64,000 nucleotides of DNA, taken from positions 11,717 to 75,716 of IMG/VR virus record IMGVR_UViG_3300047546_001881. The stretch is one strand, 5' to 3'. Both the position numbers and the translations under genes were made by a program. The notes under the pieces are model-generated. The model saw only the letters and a program-made list of their open reading frames with translations, was not told the DNA's origin and did not search any database. Shown in pieces: positions 45,120-54,914 of this stretch (positions are counted from its first letter, which is position 1; every line of letters starts with the position of its first letter). This DNA comes from a virus.

Positions 45120-47023
45120 TCTAAGAAGTCTACTCTTAAACCTAACATAAAGACTTTTACTGCAGTTCCACCATTAAAATATCCAACACCATGAATGGGA
45201 GATATTCTTAGTGTAAGAAAACCATTCATATCAGGCATTGCTGTTATGTTTAATGTGCCGAATTCTAAAACACAAACTCTATAATCTAAAGCTGAATGAC
45301 TAGAAGTTGCAGTAGTATATCCTGAAGGATCTGAACTAGAGTTAAAGTTTAATTGTGTAAGCTGAAGACCATCTGTAAAGGGTGCAATTGTTCCTGCAGC
45401 CCCAGAAGGATCTTGGTGACTTGTTAAACTGAAACTGAAAGTGTTGCTTGGGTTAGCTGCCCAAGCACCTGGACTAATTTCTCTATCTGTAAAGAAGTAT
45501 CCAGTTACTTTTATCTTTGTTGGGTATTCCCAACCCACACTTGTTTTAACTCTTGGAATACCTATAGTTGCATAGGTTAATTGATCTGATTCAGACATAC
45601 CAGTTTTAAAAGTAAACTGAACAGCATTGTGTGCATACCACAGGTCGGTTGCAAGTCCAGGCCCTATGCCTGGTTTTAATTCTCTTGTTGTTCTTAGTAC
45701 TGTGTTGTTATTATGAAGACTACTTGTATATTCTTGATTTGGAATGGAGTTATCAATAGGAGTTAAAAGAGGTGTACCTGCAGGCTCTTCATCAACAGAG
45801 AGATCAGTATTAGTAACTGGCATCTGTTGAGCAGATCTTTGATCAAAGTCATTTGGTCTTAACCAAATAGAAAATACTGGTTTTGCTTCGTCAACAGCAG
45901 AAGGTATCCATGTAGATGTTGCGCTATCAAAGCGCAACACATCTTGATCACTAGGTGCAGAAGCATCCACATCTACTAAATCGTCTAGTTCTAATCCATA
46001 GACAGATATCTCTAAATCTTTTACACCTGCAGTAAACTTAATATTATCCCCTGCAAAAAGATTTAATGTATCGTTTGGAGTAGTCATCTCTATAAAAGTA
46101 GAGCCGATCAACATTCCGCTAGTAGAACTTAAACTATATTCTTTAGTTGAGTGCAAGTCTCTGTCTATTTGTTTTATTGCTTCTACTAAGCTATCTCCAT
46201 TAGAGATTAAGTTGTTACCTGGTCCTGGTCCTGTAGGAGTTGCTGAAGAGTAATTCGGACTGTCATCTAAACAGTTTGCTTGTCCAACAAAGTTGTGAAT
46301 GTTTGTTAAAGCGTCGCTAAGTAAGTAGCCTTCTCCACAATACTCAATTGCACTTGCTGGGATTAAAGCATCGTAAATAAAGTCAGATACTCTAATCTCT
46401 AAAGAAAGATCTGGATATGTATCTGTGAAACAAGACTCGAGTCCAAAAGCTGGACCACCTACAACTAACTGAGACATGATCTCGTATACATGCCTTGCCA
46501 TTGAATACTGAAGATTAGCCTTACCGTCGCAATCATAGGTATAACATTCGGCTAAAGTGTCTTTCTTTAATTGACCCATATTTAGATCAATGCACTGAAT
46601 CAATGATCTTAACTCTGTATCATCATATTCTTCGCTAGTAGACTTATCTTCTTTAAGAGCTTCTAGTTGAGAAGCTAAACACATAATAGTTCCAGTAATA
46701 GAATGCGGCTGCCCTCTTGTGTAATCCCACAAGCACTCCATTCCGTTCTCTGTAGCCCAAGGCTCAGTAGTAACAGTCCAGCCAGAGATACCACCTTTCT
46801 CTGAATCCAGAACATCATATTCGTGTTCTGGACTTGAACGAAGGGTTCTGATTGCAGGATAAATGATGTTGTTCCAGTTATGAACATTAACTGCTGCATC
46901 AATCTTTGCAGCTCTAACAAAAGCTTTCATTTGATCTTTGTTAGTAACGTCATTCACTAATCCTGTACTTTGAAATATCTTGGTTAGTGTATTCTTAAAG
47001 AATTCGCTGCGAATTAAAGCCAT
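45116..47023 (-). CDS. Putative virion structural/fibre protein
   Basis: LDDLVDVDASAPSDQDVLRFD...W fibre motif; Cys-rich middle; within the structural block. Confidence 0.6.
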   Translation of the reverse strand: MALIRSEFFKNTLTKIFQSTGLVNDVTNKDQMKAFVRAAKIDAAVNVHNWNNIIYPAIRTLRSSPEHEYDVLDSEKGGISGWTVTTEPWATENGMECLWDYTRGQPHSITGTIMCLASQLEALKEDKSTSEEYDDTELRSLIQCIDLNMGQLKKDTLAECYTYDCDGKANLQYSMARHVYEIMSQLVVGGPAFGLESCFTDTYPDLSLEIRVSDFIYDALIPASAIEYCGEGYLLSDALTNIHNFVGQANCLDDSPNYSSATPTGPGPGNNLISNGDSLVEAIKQIDRDLHSTKEYSLSSTSGMLIGSTFIEMTTPNDTLNLFAGDNIKFTAGVKDLEISVYGLELDDLVDVDASAPSDQDVLRFDSATSTWIPSAVDEAKPVFSIWLRPNDFDQRSAQQMPVTNTDLSVDEEPAGTPLLTPIDNSIPNQEYTSSLHNNNTVLRTTRELKPGIGPGLATDLWYAHNAVQFTFKTGMSESDQLTYATIGIPRVKTSVGWEYPTKIKVTGYFFTDREISPGAWAANPSNTFSFSLTSHQDPSGAAGTIAPFTDGLQLTQLNFNSSSDPSGYTTATSSHSALDYRVCVLEFGTLNITAMPDMNGFLTLRISPIHGVGYFNGGTAVKVFMLGLRVDFLE

Positions 47024-49023
47024 CAGATTACCCTTACTTGAAAACTATTGATGTGAGGAGAGATATTTAAATCGTTTGATTTGATTATTGCTTTTACCCA
47101 AAGTTTATTTGAAGATCCATTCTTAAGCATAAAGTTTACTTTTACTTGTTCATTAAAAGATGAACTATCTGAAGGATCTATTTTAACTTTAAAATAAAGA
47201 CTTCCGTTATACTCTTCTATTGTATAAACACTCAAATCATTATTAAGTTCTCCCGAGTTAAAAAGCTCTGGAGTTACATAGTTCATTAAAATACCAAAGT
47301 TTCTCCCCAATGCATTATAAACTTTGTTCCCTGAAAAATCACTACTGTATTTGTATCCTTCTATAATCAATTTATGATTGTAAGGATATATTGGGTCTGA
47401 GTTTTTCAGTAACTCAACTGTCTTTAAGTTTTCATCTACTGCATACCAGTTCATATGAGATGTTTTGAACTTATGATAGCCTTGAGGCAGCGAGACAACT
47501 CCAGAGACAATCTTTCCATTTATCTCGGCTCCTCTTGGGCCGAGATCCACTCTCTTACCTTCTACTGAATCTATATAAATTACTGTACTGTATTGTTGAT
47601 TTCTATCATCATAAACCCATCCACTTTCAGTTCCATACAAGCGTTTACCTTGTGGTAAGTTTCTTTCAACTACAGTATTTTGTAATATAAATTTATCTGC
47701 CCACTCAGCTTCAATCTTTAAGTTACACAAAGCCTCTTCAGAGTATTCTAAATTAACTCTTTCAGGTGCAGTAGTAACTAATGCATATGGATGAGATAGT
47801 GGCTCGATATAAGAATAGCTTTCCTCTGGATTAGAGTTATTAAACTTAACAGTACTAAAGCTAGTTGAATTATAAGATGCTGGAATCCAGTTGATTCCAT
47901 CATTACTTAAAAAGAACGAAACACTAGTTTTATCTGGGACTATGCAGCAAGTACCATCTTTCATAGTTGCTTGTGTAAAGTTTACTGGGTTGTTTAGTTC
48001 ATCATAAAGACTATAGGGGCCTGCAACTAATACAGATTCTGAGTTGCGACTAAATCTTCCTTTAGTGAATTCAAGTGAATCTAAACTAAAAATATATTTG
48101 CTATTACCAATAGATGGTGTCTCGTCAGCAGCATATTTTGTTAAGTAAATTTTAACTTTCTTGATGTCTTCTTGGGCTATAGTAATAGTGTTAAGTCCAG
48201 TAACAAAGTAAGATTCATTTCCTACCATAGAGTAGGTGCTGCCATCTTTTGAAACTAGAACTAAATACTTCATTCTTGAGTTTGCATTTACTGCATTGCC
48301 AGCTAACTTAATTTCAGATAGAAATTCTGGCTTGTCAAAGTCTGCTTCTATAATACAAGACACTTCTCCAGTCTTGTATTTAGTGTAAACGTAATACTCC
48401 CATACAACTCCATCTTTCTTTTTAAGAGCGTTAATGGAAGAGACAGCAGATGCACTTACAAAGCCTTTCTTGCTATTTGCTGTAAAAGACAAATTAACAA
48501 AATCTAAATCTGCTACTTCGCAGTTATCTCTTCCAAGAGTTACGTAACCAGGCTCAATAGAAACTGTAGATTGCTGTTGATCAATAAATTCAGAAGTAAC
48601 AAAGTCTTCTTGTACACCATACAAGAAGATATCTGCTTTGCTATTTAGCAAGATTAGATTGTCTAATCTTCTTTCAATGCTTTGGATCAGTCGATTACAT
48701 CTATGAGTCGTTACACTAAAGCCAGTAAAAGTATCAAACATCTTTTCAGCAAGAGCATCTATTCTTTCAGAAATAGCAACTGAATCTTCGACCATTGCCT
48801 TTCTGTTTAAGTTCTCATCTTTAGCTGATGAAACACTTAGAAAGTTTGGATGCTTAACATCAATAGTTGAGAATCCAACCAAGTCTAAGTTTGGATATTT
48901 CTTTTTATACTCTATTTCTTTTTCTCTTAAAGTAGCTGGACTAGGAGTTCTTTTAAACTCCTTAATATAGTCCTCTACAATTCTTTTTTTAAGAAGAGTA
49001 TTGTATTCTTGTCGAGTAGACAT
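47023..49023 (-). CDS. Putative virion structural protein
   Basis: 666 aa, beta-rich, translationally coupled in the block. Confidence 0.55.
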   Translation of the reverse strand: MSTRQEYNTLLKKRIVEDYIKEFKRTPSPATLREKEIEYKKKYPNLDLVGFSTIDVKHPNFLSVSSAKDENLNRKAMVEDSVAISERIDALAEKMFDTFTGFSVTTHRCNRLIQSIERRLDNLILLNSKADIFLYGVQEDFVTSEFIDQQQSTVSIEPGYVTLGRDNCEVADLDFVNLSFTANSKKGFVSASAVSSINALKKKDGVVWEYYVYTKYKTGEVSCIIEADFDKPEFLSEIKLAGNAVNANSRMKYLVLVSKDGSTYSMVGNESYFVTGLNTITIAQEDIKKVKIYLTKYAADETPSIGNSKYIFSLDSLEFTKGRFSRNSESVLVAGPYSLYDELNNPVNFTQATMKDGTCCIVPDKTSVSFFLSNDGINWIPASYNSTSFSTVKFNNSNPEESYSYIEPLSHPYALVTTAPERVNLEYSEEALCNLKIEAEWADKFILQNTVVERNLPQGKRLYGTESGWVYDDRNQQYSTVIYIDSVEGKRVDLGPRGAEINGKIVSGVVSLPQGYHKFKTSHMNWYAVDENLKTVELLKNSDPIYPYNHKLIIEGYKYSSDFSGNKVYNALGRNFGILMNYVTPELFNSGELNNDLSVYTIEEYNGSLYFKVKIDPSDSSSFNEQVKVNFMLKNGSSNKLWVKAIIKSNDLNISPHINSFQVRVI

Positions 49024-52000
49024 TATTGAAACCTGAAAGAGATATTGTAGAAGATAGGCGAGAAGTAGTTCTTTAACTCTTTAATAGGCGTGTAGTTGTC
49101 CCTAGTAAAGTAATAGACTTTAATTCTTTTGTTAATCGGAAAAGTACTTTGTTGTTCTGTTCTTATTGATACTGAATTACTTTCAGGATCATAGGTCCAA
49201 GAATCCATCTTCTTGACTATATCATATTCTGCTTTATAGTTTGCCACTTTGTATTTAACTATAGGATTTGAAGACATTCTGATGTCTTCTGCGCAGAACA
49301 GAACGCCATTTACATAATCAACAGAATAAAGTCCTCTTGATATAAAGCTTGGATCTTTATAAGAGTAGTTATACTTTATTCTTCCAGGCAGAGTTCCTCT
49401 GCTACCTGATAAAGCGACTCTAACTTCTACTTTACCTTCAGCACTAACAGTATAGTCGCCTACGCTAGTAAGGCTGGAATCTAAAGTTTTGAAGACTTCT
49501 GTGTCTTCAAAAACTACACCAAGAGCGGCGTAATAGTTAACTCCTGCTGCAAGATTGAAAGTAACAATACCACTGGTATCGGAAACGATTTCTATCGTTT
49601 CCTCTTTATCCATGTTTTTCAATCCAAGAAACTCTACTTTGCCATCTTCGTATGCAACTTCTCTTGGATAGATCTCTGGATTCTCTTCAAAAATATCAGC
49701 AGACAAACGTAAACTATTAACTACAATATAGTTGTCTGGTAAATCTAATATCTTTTTAGATGCAGCAATATCAAACAGCTTTTGTTTAGAAAGCACTGCA
49801 CCAGTTCTAATATCAATACCAACAAAGTCTGAAACCTTTTCTTGGTTAGGAGAGTATTCTCTATCTTTTGTAATGACAGAATCAGAAGAAATAATTATTC
49901 CTTTGACTTTTTTGTTTTCTCCCCAAATCTCATAATTAGTGTCTTCTAGAACTTTAATATTTGAATGAGAGTAAACAAGTTTGACTGGAGAGATTTCCCC
50001 AACACTTGCTTCAGATATAGTCTTACTTAGATAAACCCTTCCATTTGTTTCATCTACGTAATAAAGAATCTCTTTAGGAGAAGTTCCAGAATCATCTTTT
50101 ACATCCACGTATATTGATGTTCTAGTAAAGATGATATCATTCTCAGATTGAAAAGATACTGAACTTGCTACAATGTTTGTGTTATTTAAATTTAAGATTT
50201 TGGTTAATAGAGGAACTTTTATAGAAGTGGTACTTAGGCTAGCTGGTAAGTAACTAATTCTTATTCTATCTTTATCAGGATCGAAGAGATCGCTAAAGGC
50301 AGCATAGTATCCGTCACTTCTTTCTTCTAATAGAAGTCTTTGGCTTGGAAATTTCCAGGTAACTGGGGCCAACTGCCTTCTATGCTGCACTGCTATTCTC
50401 TTCCAATCACTGTCCATTGCCCATATATTATCAGTAGTTCCAGTGCCGTTCTGAATATCTTCAAATGAAACCGCTGATCCAGTACTATCTACTTGTGCTA
50501 GTAATTCTTTGTTGTTAACTAGCAAAGACATATCTTCTGGCAAAAGACTATATCCTTTACCATCAAGCTCAATAGGCAAGTTAATAGTAAAGCCCTCTCC
50601 AGGCTCTAGTCTTGGCGTTGTAGCTATTTGGATAGCTTCTCTTGGGTCATCGGTCCTTCTACAGATACGAGGCTGGTATACGCCAATATTTCCGTTGTAG
50701 GGTCGTTCAGGTAAAGGAACTTTATTTGGAGATTGATTCAATGAAATCAACTGAGAGATGACACTTACATTGACACTTATATCTTCATTGGTAAATGAAG
50801 ATATATTAGTAAATGCGTCATCATTACGTTTAGTATAAAGTCTCCAGAAAACGTTAGTCTTATCTCCGTCTAGTTTTATAGTTTTGGCCGAACGATTCTC
50901 GTCAAAGCCAAAAACATCCAGATCCCAATCTTCTCCACCATTGCCTGAGAAGTCTAACGTTGCTTTAAAAAGATTTGGATTCTTTGGAAAAACACTAGAT
51001 GTAGACTCTGCTACATAAAGTCCATCTGGTATTTCTAAAGCATTAGAAGAGATTCCGCCTTCATTGGCGAATCTCAATCTTTGAAACTCTATGTGTTTAA
51101 TTCCTATAGAGTAGCGTTTCCTTGTTACCAATCTATTATCAGTTGTAGGTATGTTAAGTAGGTGAGAGTTTTCTTGCTTGCAAACAATCTTTACTGAATT
51201 ACAAGATACTGGCAAAAAGGTAAGCTGCCAAAAGATATCATTACCAACTGACTTAACAATAAAGTTTTCATATTTAACTTTGGGTCCAACTTGTTCTTTA
51301 ACAGAAATTGTCTTGTTACCAGGTACATAGAAAAGGATATCTTCTATTTCAAAACTTAAAGACTCAGGTATTACAGCGGGTCTTATTTGTATTCTATTTA
51401 AGATTTCTGTTGAAGAGAAATCGCAACAAATAGAAACTTTCATAGGCCCAGAATCTAGTCTTTCGTATTCAAAATAGCTATTGGGCTCTTCATCAAACAT
51501 TGAAGCTGGATTTACATTCTCTACGGTGACAGCAGCATCAGAGTTTCCAGGCGTACCATTTCCATTACTTAAATAAACTGAGCTTGGCTTGATCTGCTCT
51601 GTAGAGACGATACCTAGAGTTGCTATACCTTCAGAGGTATCAATGTTGAGTAATGTTCCGCCAGTATCTGAATCAGACAAGAAATCAAAGTTTAGAAATT
51701 TCTCTGCAAGTACCCACTTAGCTTTCTCTCTATCCCAAAGATCTAAAGCTGCTTTCTTCTGTCTGACTCTTTTCAAAGAACCAGTTATTTCTATTAGCTC
51801 TTTTACTTTAGTGTTGTAACCATCAATATAAGTTTGAGCAAGCTTTTCTAGCTTGCTCATATTGAGATCAGTCTTATACTTTAAGTTTGATTTCTCTTCA
51901 CTAAAGTTATCTTTATCACAGTTAGAGTTAACAGATACTTCTGGTACCGTTAACTTGTTCTGAATGATCTTGTTAAAGATCTCCAGGACTCTTGCTTCTA

Positions 52001-52121
52001 GCAAGAGTCTATCTTCTATTGTTCTAGCAGAGCTAACTGAAGAGATTGTGCTTTCAAGTAGAGTAACAATCCCATCAATTTCTAAAGAGTGACTTCTCTT
52101 AGCAATATTATTTAAAGGCAC
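49023..52121 (-). CDS. Large putative virion structural (baseplate/tail) protein
   Basis: 1032 aa; recurrent YxVDxxNGxV units; GTG start with SD AGGAG. Confidence 0.6.
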   Translation of the reverse strand: MPLNNIAKRSHSLEIDGIVTLLESTISSVSSARTIEDRLLLEARVLEIFNKIIQNKLTVPEVSVNSNCDKDNFSEEKSNLKYKTDLNMSKLEKLAQTYIDGYNTKVKELIEITGSLKRVRQKKAALDLWDREKAKWVLAEKFLNFDFLSDSDTGGTLLNIDTSEGIATLGIVSTEQIKPSSVYLSNGNGTPGNSDAAVTVENVNPASMFDEEPNSYFEYERLDSGPMKVSICCDFSSTEILNRIQIRPAVIPESLSFEIEDILFYVPGNKTISVKEQVGPKVKYENFIVKSVGNDIFWQLTFLPVSCNSVKIVCKQENSHLLNIPTTDNRLVTRKRYSIGIKHIEFQRLRFANEGGISSNALEIPDGLYVAESTSSVFPKNPNLFKATLDFSGNGGEDWDLDVFGFDENRSAKTIKLDGDKTNVFWRLYTKRNDDAFTNISSFTNEDISVNVSVISQLISLNQSPNKVPLPERPYNGNIGVYQPRICRRTDDPREAIQIATTPRLEPGEGFTINLPIELDGKGYSLLPEDMSLLVNNKELLAQVDSTGSAVSFEDIQNGTGTTDNIWAMDSDWKRIAVQHRRQLAPVTWKFPSQRLLLEERSDGYYAAFSDLFDPDKDRIRISYLPASLSTTSIKVPLLTKILNLNNTNIVASSVSFQSENDIIFTRTSIYVDVKDDSGTSPKEILYYVDETNGRVYLSKTISEASVGEISPVKLVYSHSNIKVLEDTNYEIWGENKKVKGIIISSDSVITKDREYSPNQEKVSDFVGIDIRTGAVLSKQKLFDIAASKKILDLPDNYIVVNSLRLSADIFEENPEIYPREVAYEDGKVEFLGLKNMDKEETIEIVSDTSGIVTFNLAAGVNYYAALGVVFEDTEVFKTLDSSLTSVGDYTVSAEGKVEVRVALSGSRGTLPGRIKYNYSYKDPSFISRGLYSVDYVNGVLFCAEDIRMSSNPIVKYKVANYKAEYDIVKKMDSWTYDPESNSVSIRTEQQSTFPINKRIKVYYFTRDNYTPIKELKNYFSPIFYNISFRFQ

Positions 52122-52138
52122 AGTTAACTCTCCTAGAT

Positions 52139-54466
52139 TTAGTTACTGTTAGAGCCGGCAGCTATTCTTCTTTTAACAGAAGCTTTCATAACTTTACCAC
52201 TAGGAGTATTTTCTATATTCCTGTTTTGGATTGCAAGAGAGTACTCTCTAATAACATTGGTTAAGTAAACATTATTAGAACTTGTTCTGCTTACAAGTAC
52301 TACTTGTAGCGTTCCAGAACTGTCTTTTAAATTCTTGTTAAAGACAACGCGACCATTCTTTAATCTAATATTCTTACAATCAGTTAAGTATTGATTTCTT
52401 TCTACTATGTATTCTGTCCAATAATAGTTAGCTGAATTGTAGTTTAGTAGTTTAATAAAGAATTTACCTGCAGCTGCTCTTGGCTTTACAAGCTGTTCAA
52501 TTTCCAAAGCAGTGAAAGGTGCAGATCTCCAAGTAGATCCATCATCTACTGAAATCAAATAATCCCTTCCATAAGTTAAGATGCTGTTGTTTTCATAAAC
52601 TTTAATTGAATCTATGTTTACTGCAGCGTTAATACACAGTTCCTTATCTTCTGTACCTAACCAATAGGTAATCACTCCTGCATCAACGCGAGTATAGAAA
52701 GTATATTCATCTATTACTTTAAAGACAAAGAATTCAATTCCAGAAACTTCTTCTTCAGAAGAAAAGGTTTTGAAACTATCTCCTTCAGTAAGATTATGCT
52801 TTTCATTAGTTTGAATTGAAAAGACACTTACAATAGTACAACCAGCATCAGAAGGAACCTCAGTTATTATGCTTCCTCTTCTTCTTCTAAAAGTGCCTTC
52901 TGTTACTGATTCGGTAGTAACAGTAGATCTGCCACTTGCTCCGTAATAAGGGAGGTCTTCTCTGCATACTTTTAATACTTTGATATCTTCAATGCACTTT
53001 AAGTTATTTACATATTTAAGTTCAGGAAATAATTTAAACTTCGCTTCTTGATTTATAGGAGAAAGTATTTCTCTTTGAGCTAAATTGCTATCTAGTACAG
53101 GGACTAGAGCATCTACTTTTTTATTCTCTTGCTTGTCCCATAGTCTGACACCTACATAGCTTTCTATTAAAGACGCTCCTTCAGCTAAAACAGAATAGCT
53201 TCCAAAGTAATCTTTTTCTAAGCTTGTAGTAGGTACAATGCTTTCACTTAGCTTCTGTACTTCCATACCAATAGGAGAAGATACTTTAACTGGTAAAGAT
53301 CTAAAGATTCCTCTTGTTTCATAAATAGAAAGGCCGACTTCTACATTCTCTATTGAGAAGTCATAAACTCTACCTTGTATCTTTTCTTTTATTTCAGGAA
53401 GTCTGTTAGTAAAGCCTTTATTAGCTAGTTTGTTATTGATAGCAGAGACTCTTAAATCTTCACTTATTAACTCTGTTCTTTCTACATGAGCCTTTTGCTC
53501 AAACTGTATAATCAAGAACTTTGTTAAAATAGATTCAAAGAGAATTACAATGTCGGTTTGAGTATTTATATCAACACTGTTTAGAGATACTTCTTGCCCA
53601 GACTCATTAATATATCTTAAGTCTTTAATAAAAACTGTTGAGTCTCCAAGAGGATTAATCTTTAAAGTATTAATCTGCATTAAGTTAGGTAACTCTAACT
53701 GTACTGTCAGAGTTGATACACAACTGTATGGATAGCTTTCGAGAGAAGTCTTTGTTTTGTACTTTCTTCCTGAGCTATCATACTCTTTACGAGCAACAAC
53801 ATATCTAAATATTTTGTTTTTTAAGTAGAGGTTTCTAGGGTTAGAAACCTCTATTGGACTAACAGAATCTCCAGTATCAGAAAGCTCATCTATAATGACC
53901 GCATCTTTAATCGGCACATTGATGTAAGAAGATAAAGGATTAGTAAGAGATCCTGGCCCAATACGATTCATCAAGAGTTCTTCTTTATAAGTCACTCCAG
54001 TCTTAAAATCTACAAGCCAGCTACTATCTGAATACTGAAGCTGACTGTCTTTAGTTCTAGAAAAAGTATTTAAGTGAACTTCTGAATAATTACCAAGAAG
54101 CTCCATCTCTTTTTCTTCTACTTCAGTATCTAAAGCTATTAGCTCTCTTTGTATTTCTTTTATATTGCCGGTAGATTCTAAGTAATCGTTTTCCATTATC
54201 TCTTCTAGAGAGATAATTTTAGAGTTCATCAAATAAGTAAAGTACTTAAAGTTTTTTAAAAACTCTCTTTCAGAAGAAGAATTGATTGGAAGATTCTCTT
54301 TTATTACAGAAGGCAAAAGAGAATTAATCTCTCTGATAACTTGTACAGAGTACTCTTGTAACTCTTTATTTGAATACTTGACGTAGGGTGCATCAAGTAC
54401 ACGCTTCTTTGCAGCTTCTAATAAATGATTTCTGAATAGAAGTGTATCTTTAAATTTAGGAATCAT
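52139..54466 (-). CDS. Putative virion structural protein
   Basis: 775 aa; helical N-terminus and beta-rich body like its neighbours. Confidence 0.55.
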   Translation of the reverse strand: MIPKFKDTLLFRNHLLEAAKKRVLDAPYVKYSNKELQEYSVQVIREINSLLPSVIKENLPINSSSEREFLKNFKYFTYLMNSKIISLEEIMENDYLESTGNIKEIQRELIALDTEVEEKEMELLGNYSEVHLNTFSRTKDSQLQYSDSSWLVDFKTGVTYKEELLMNRIGPGSLTNPLSSYINVPIKDAVIIDELSDTGDSVSPIEVSNPRNLYLKNKIFRYVVARKEYDSSGRKYKTKTSLESYPYSCVSTLTVQLELPNLMQINTLKINPLGDSTVFIKDLRYINESGQEVSLNSVDINTQTDIVILFESILTKFLIIQFEQKAHVERTELISEDLRVSAINNKLANKGFTNRLPEIKEKIQGRVYDFSIENVEVGLSIYETRGIFRSLPVKVSSPIGMEVQKLSESIVPTTSLEKDYFGSYSVLAEGASLIESYVGVRLWDKQENKKVDALVPVLDSNLAQREILSPINQEAKFKLFPELKYVNNLKCIEDIKVLKVCREDLPYYGASGRSTVTTESVTEGTFRRRRGSIITEVPSDAGCTIVSVFSIQTNEKHNLTEGDSFKTFSSEEEVSGIEFFVFKVIDEYTFYTRVDAGVITYWLGTEDKELCINAAVNIDSIKVYENNSILTYGRDYLISVDDGSTWRSAPFTALEIEQLVKPRAAAGKFFIKLLNYNSANYYWTEYIVERNQYLTDCKNIRLKNGRVVFNKNLKDSSGTLQVVLVSRTSSNNVYLTNVIREYSLAIQNRNIENTPSGKVMKASVKRRIAAGSNSN

Positions 54467-54470
54467 TTCT

Positions 54471-54914
54471 TTAGCCTACTGAAACGTTAACAAAAAGCCT
54501 TCTTGCTGTAACAGTCAAAGGAACACTAAACTCTACTTTGACTTCTACTTCTTCGTTTGGAAGAAGTGTTTTGAGAGGTATCTTAGTTTTAAGAGAGGCT
54601 CCGACGCCTCTCTTAATTACTGTTCCTACTGCGCTGTCTTTGGGATAGTAAACTGTAATGCCACCAGTTCCTTCTGTTCCCCAAGTTAATACATCTTGGT
54701 AATCTATATGAGGTGAAAAGTCTGCAGGATTATCTACGTCTCCTAAGTTAGAAGTAGCTGATAGGTATATGCCGAGATCCTTTATTTGAGAAGGATTGTA
54801 ATTGGCAATCTTTAGAATTTGACTACCATCAACAAATTCAGTAGCTACAATTTCTATTGGTTTATAAACGTCACTTATTTCTGATGTAGAAATCTTTATA
54901 TTTTCTAAACTCAT
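54471..54914 (-). CDS. Putative virion structural protein (beta-sandwich)
   Basis: Coupled ORF in the block. Confidence 0.55.
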   Translation of the reverse strand: MSLENIKISTSEISDVYKPIEIVATEFVDGSQILKIANYNPSQIKDLGIYLSATSNLGDVDNPADFSPHIDYQDVLTWGTEGTGGITVYYPKDSAVGTVIKRGVGASLKTKIPLKTLLPNEEVEVKVEFSVPLTVTARRLFVNVSVG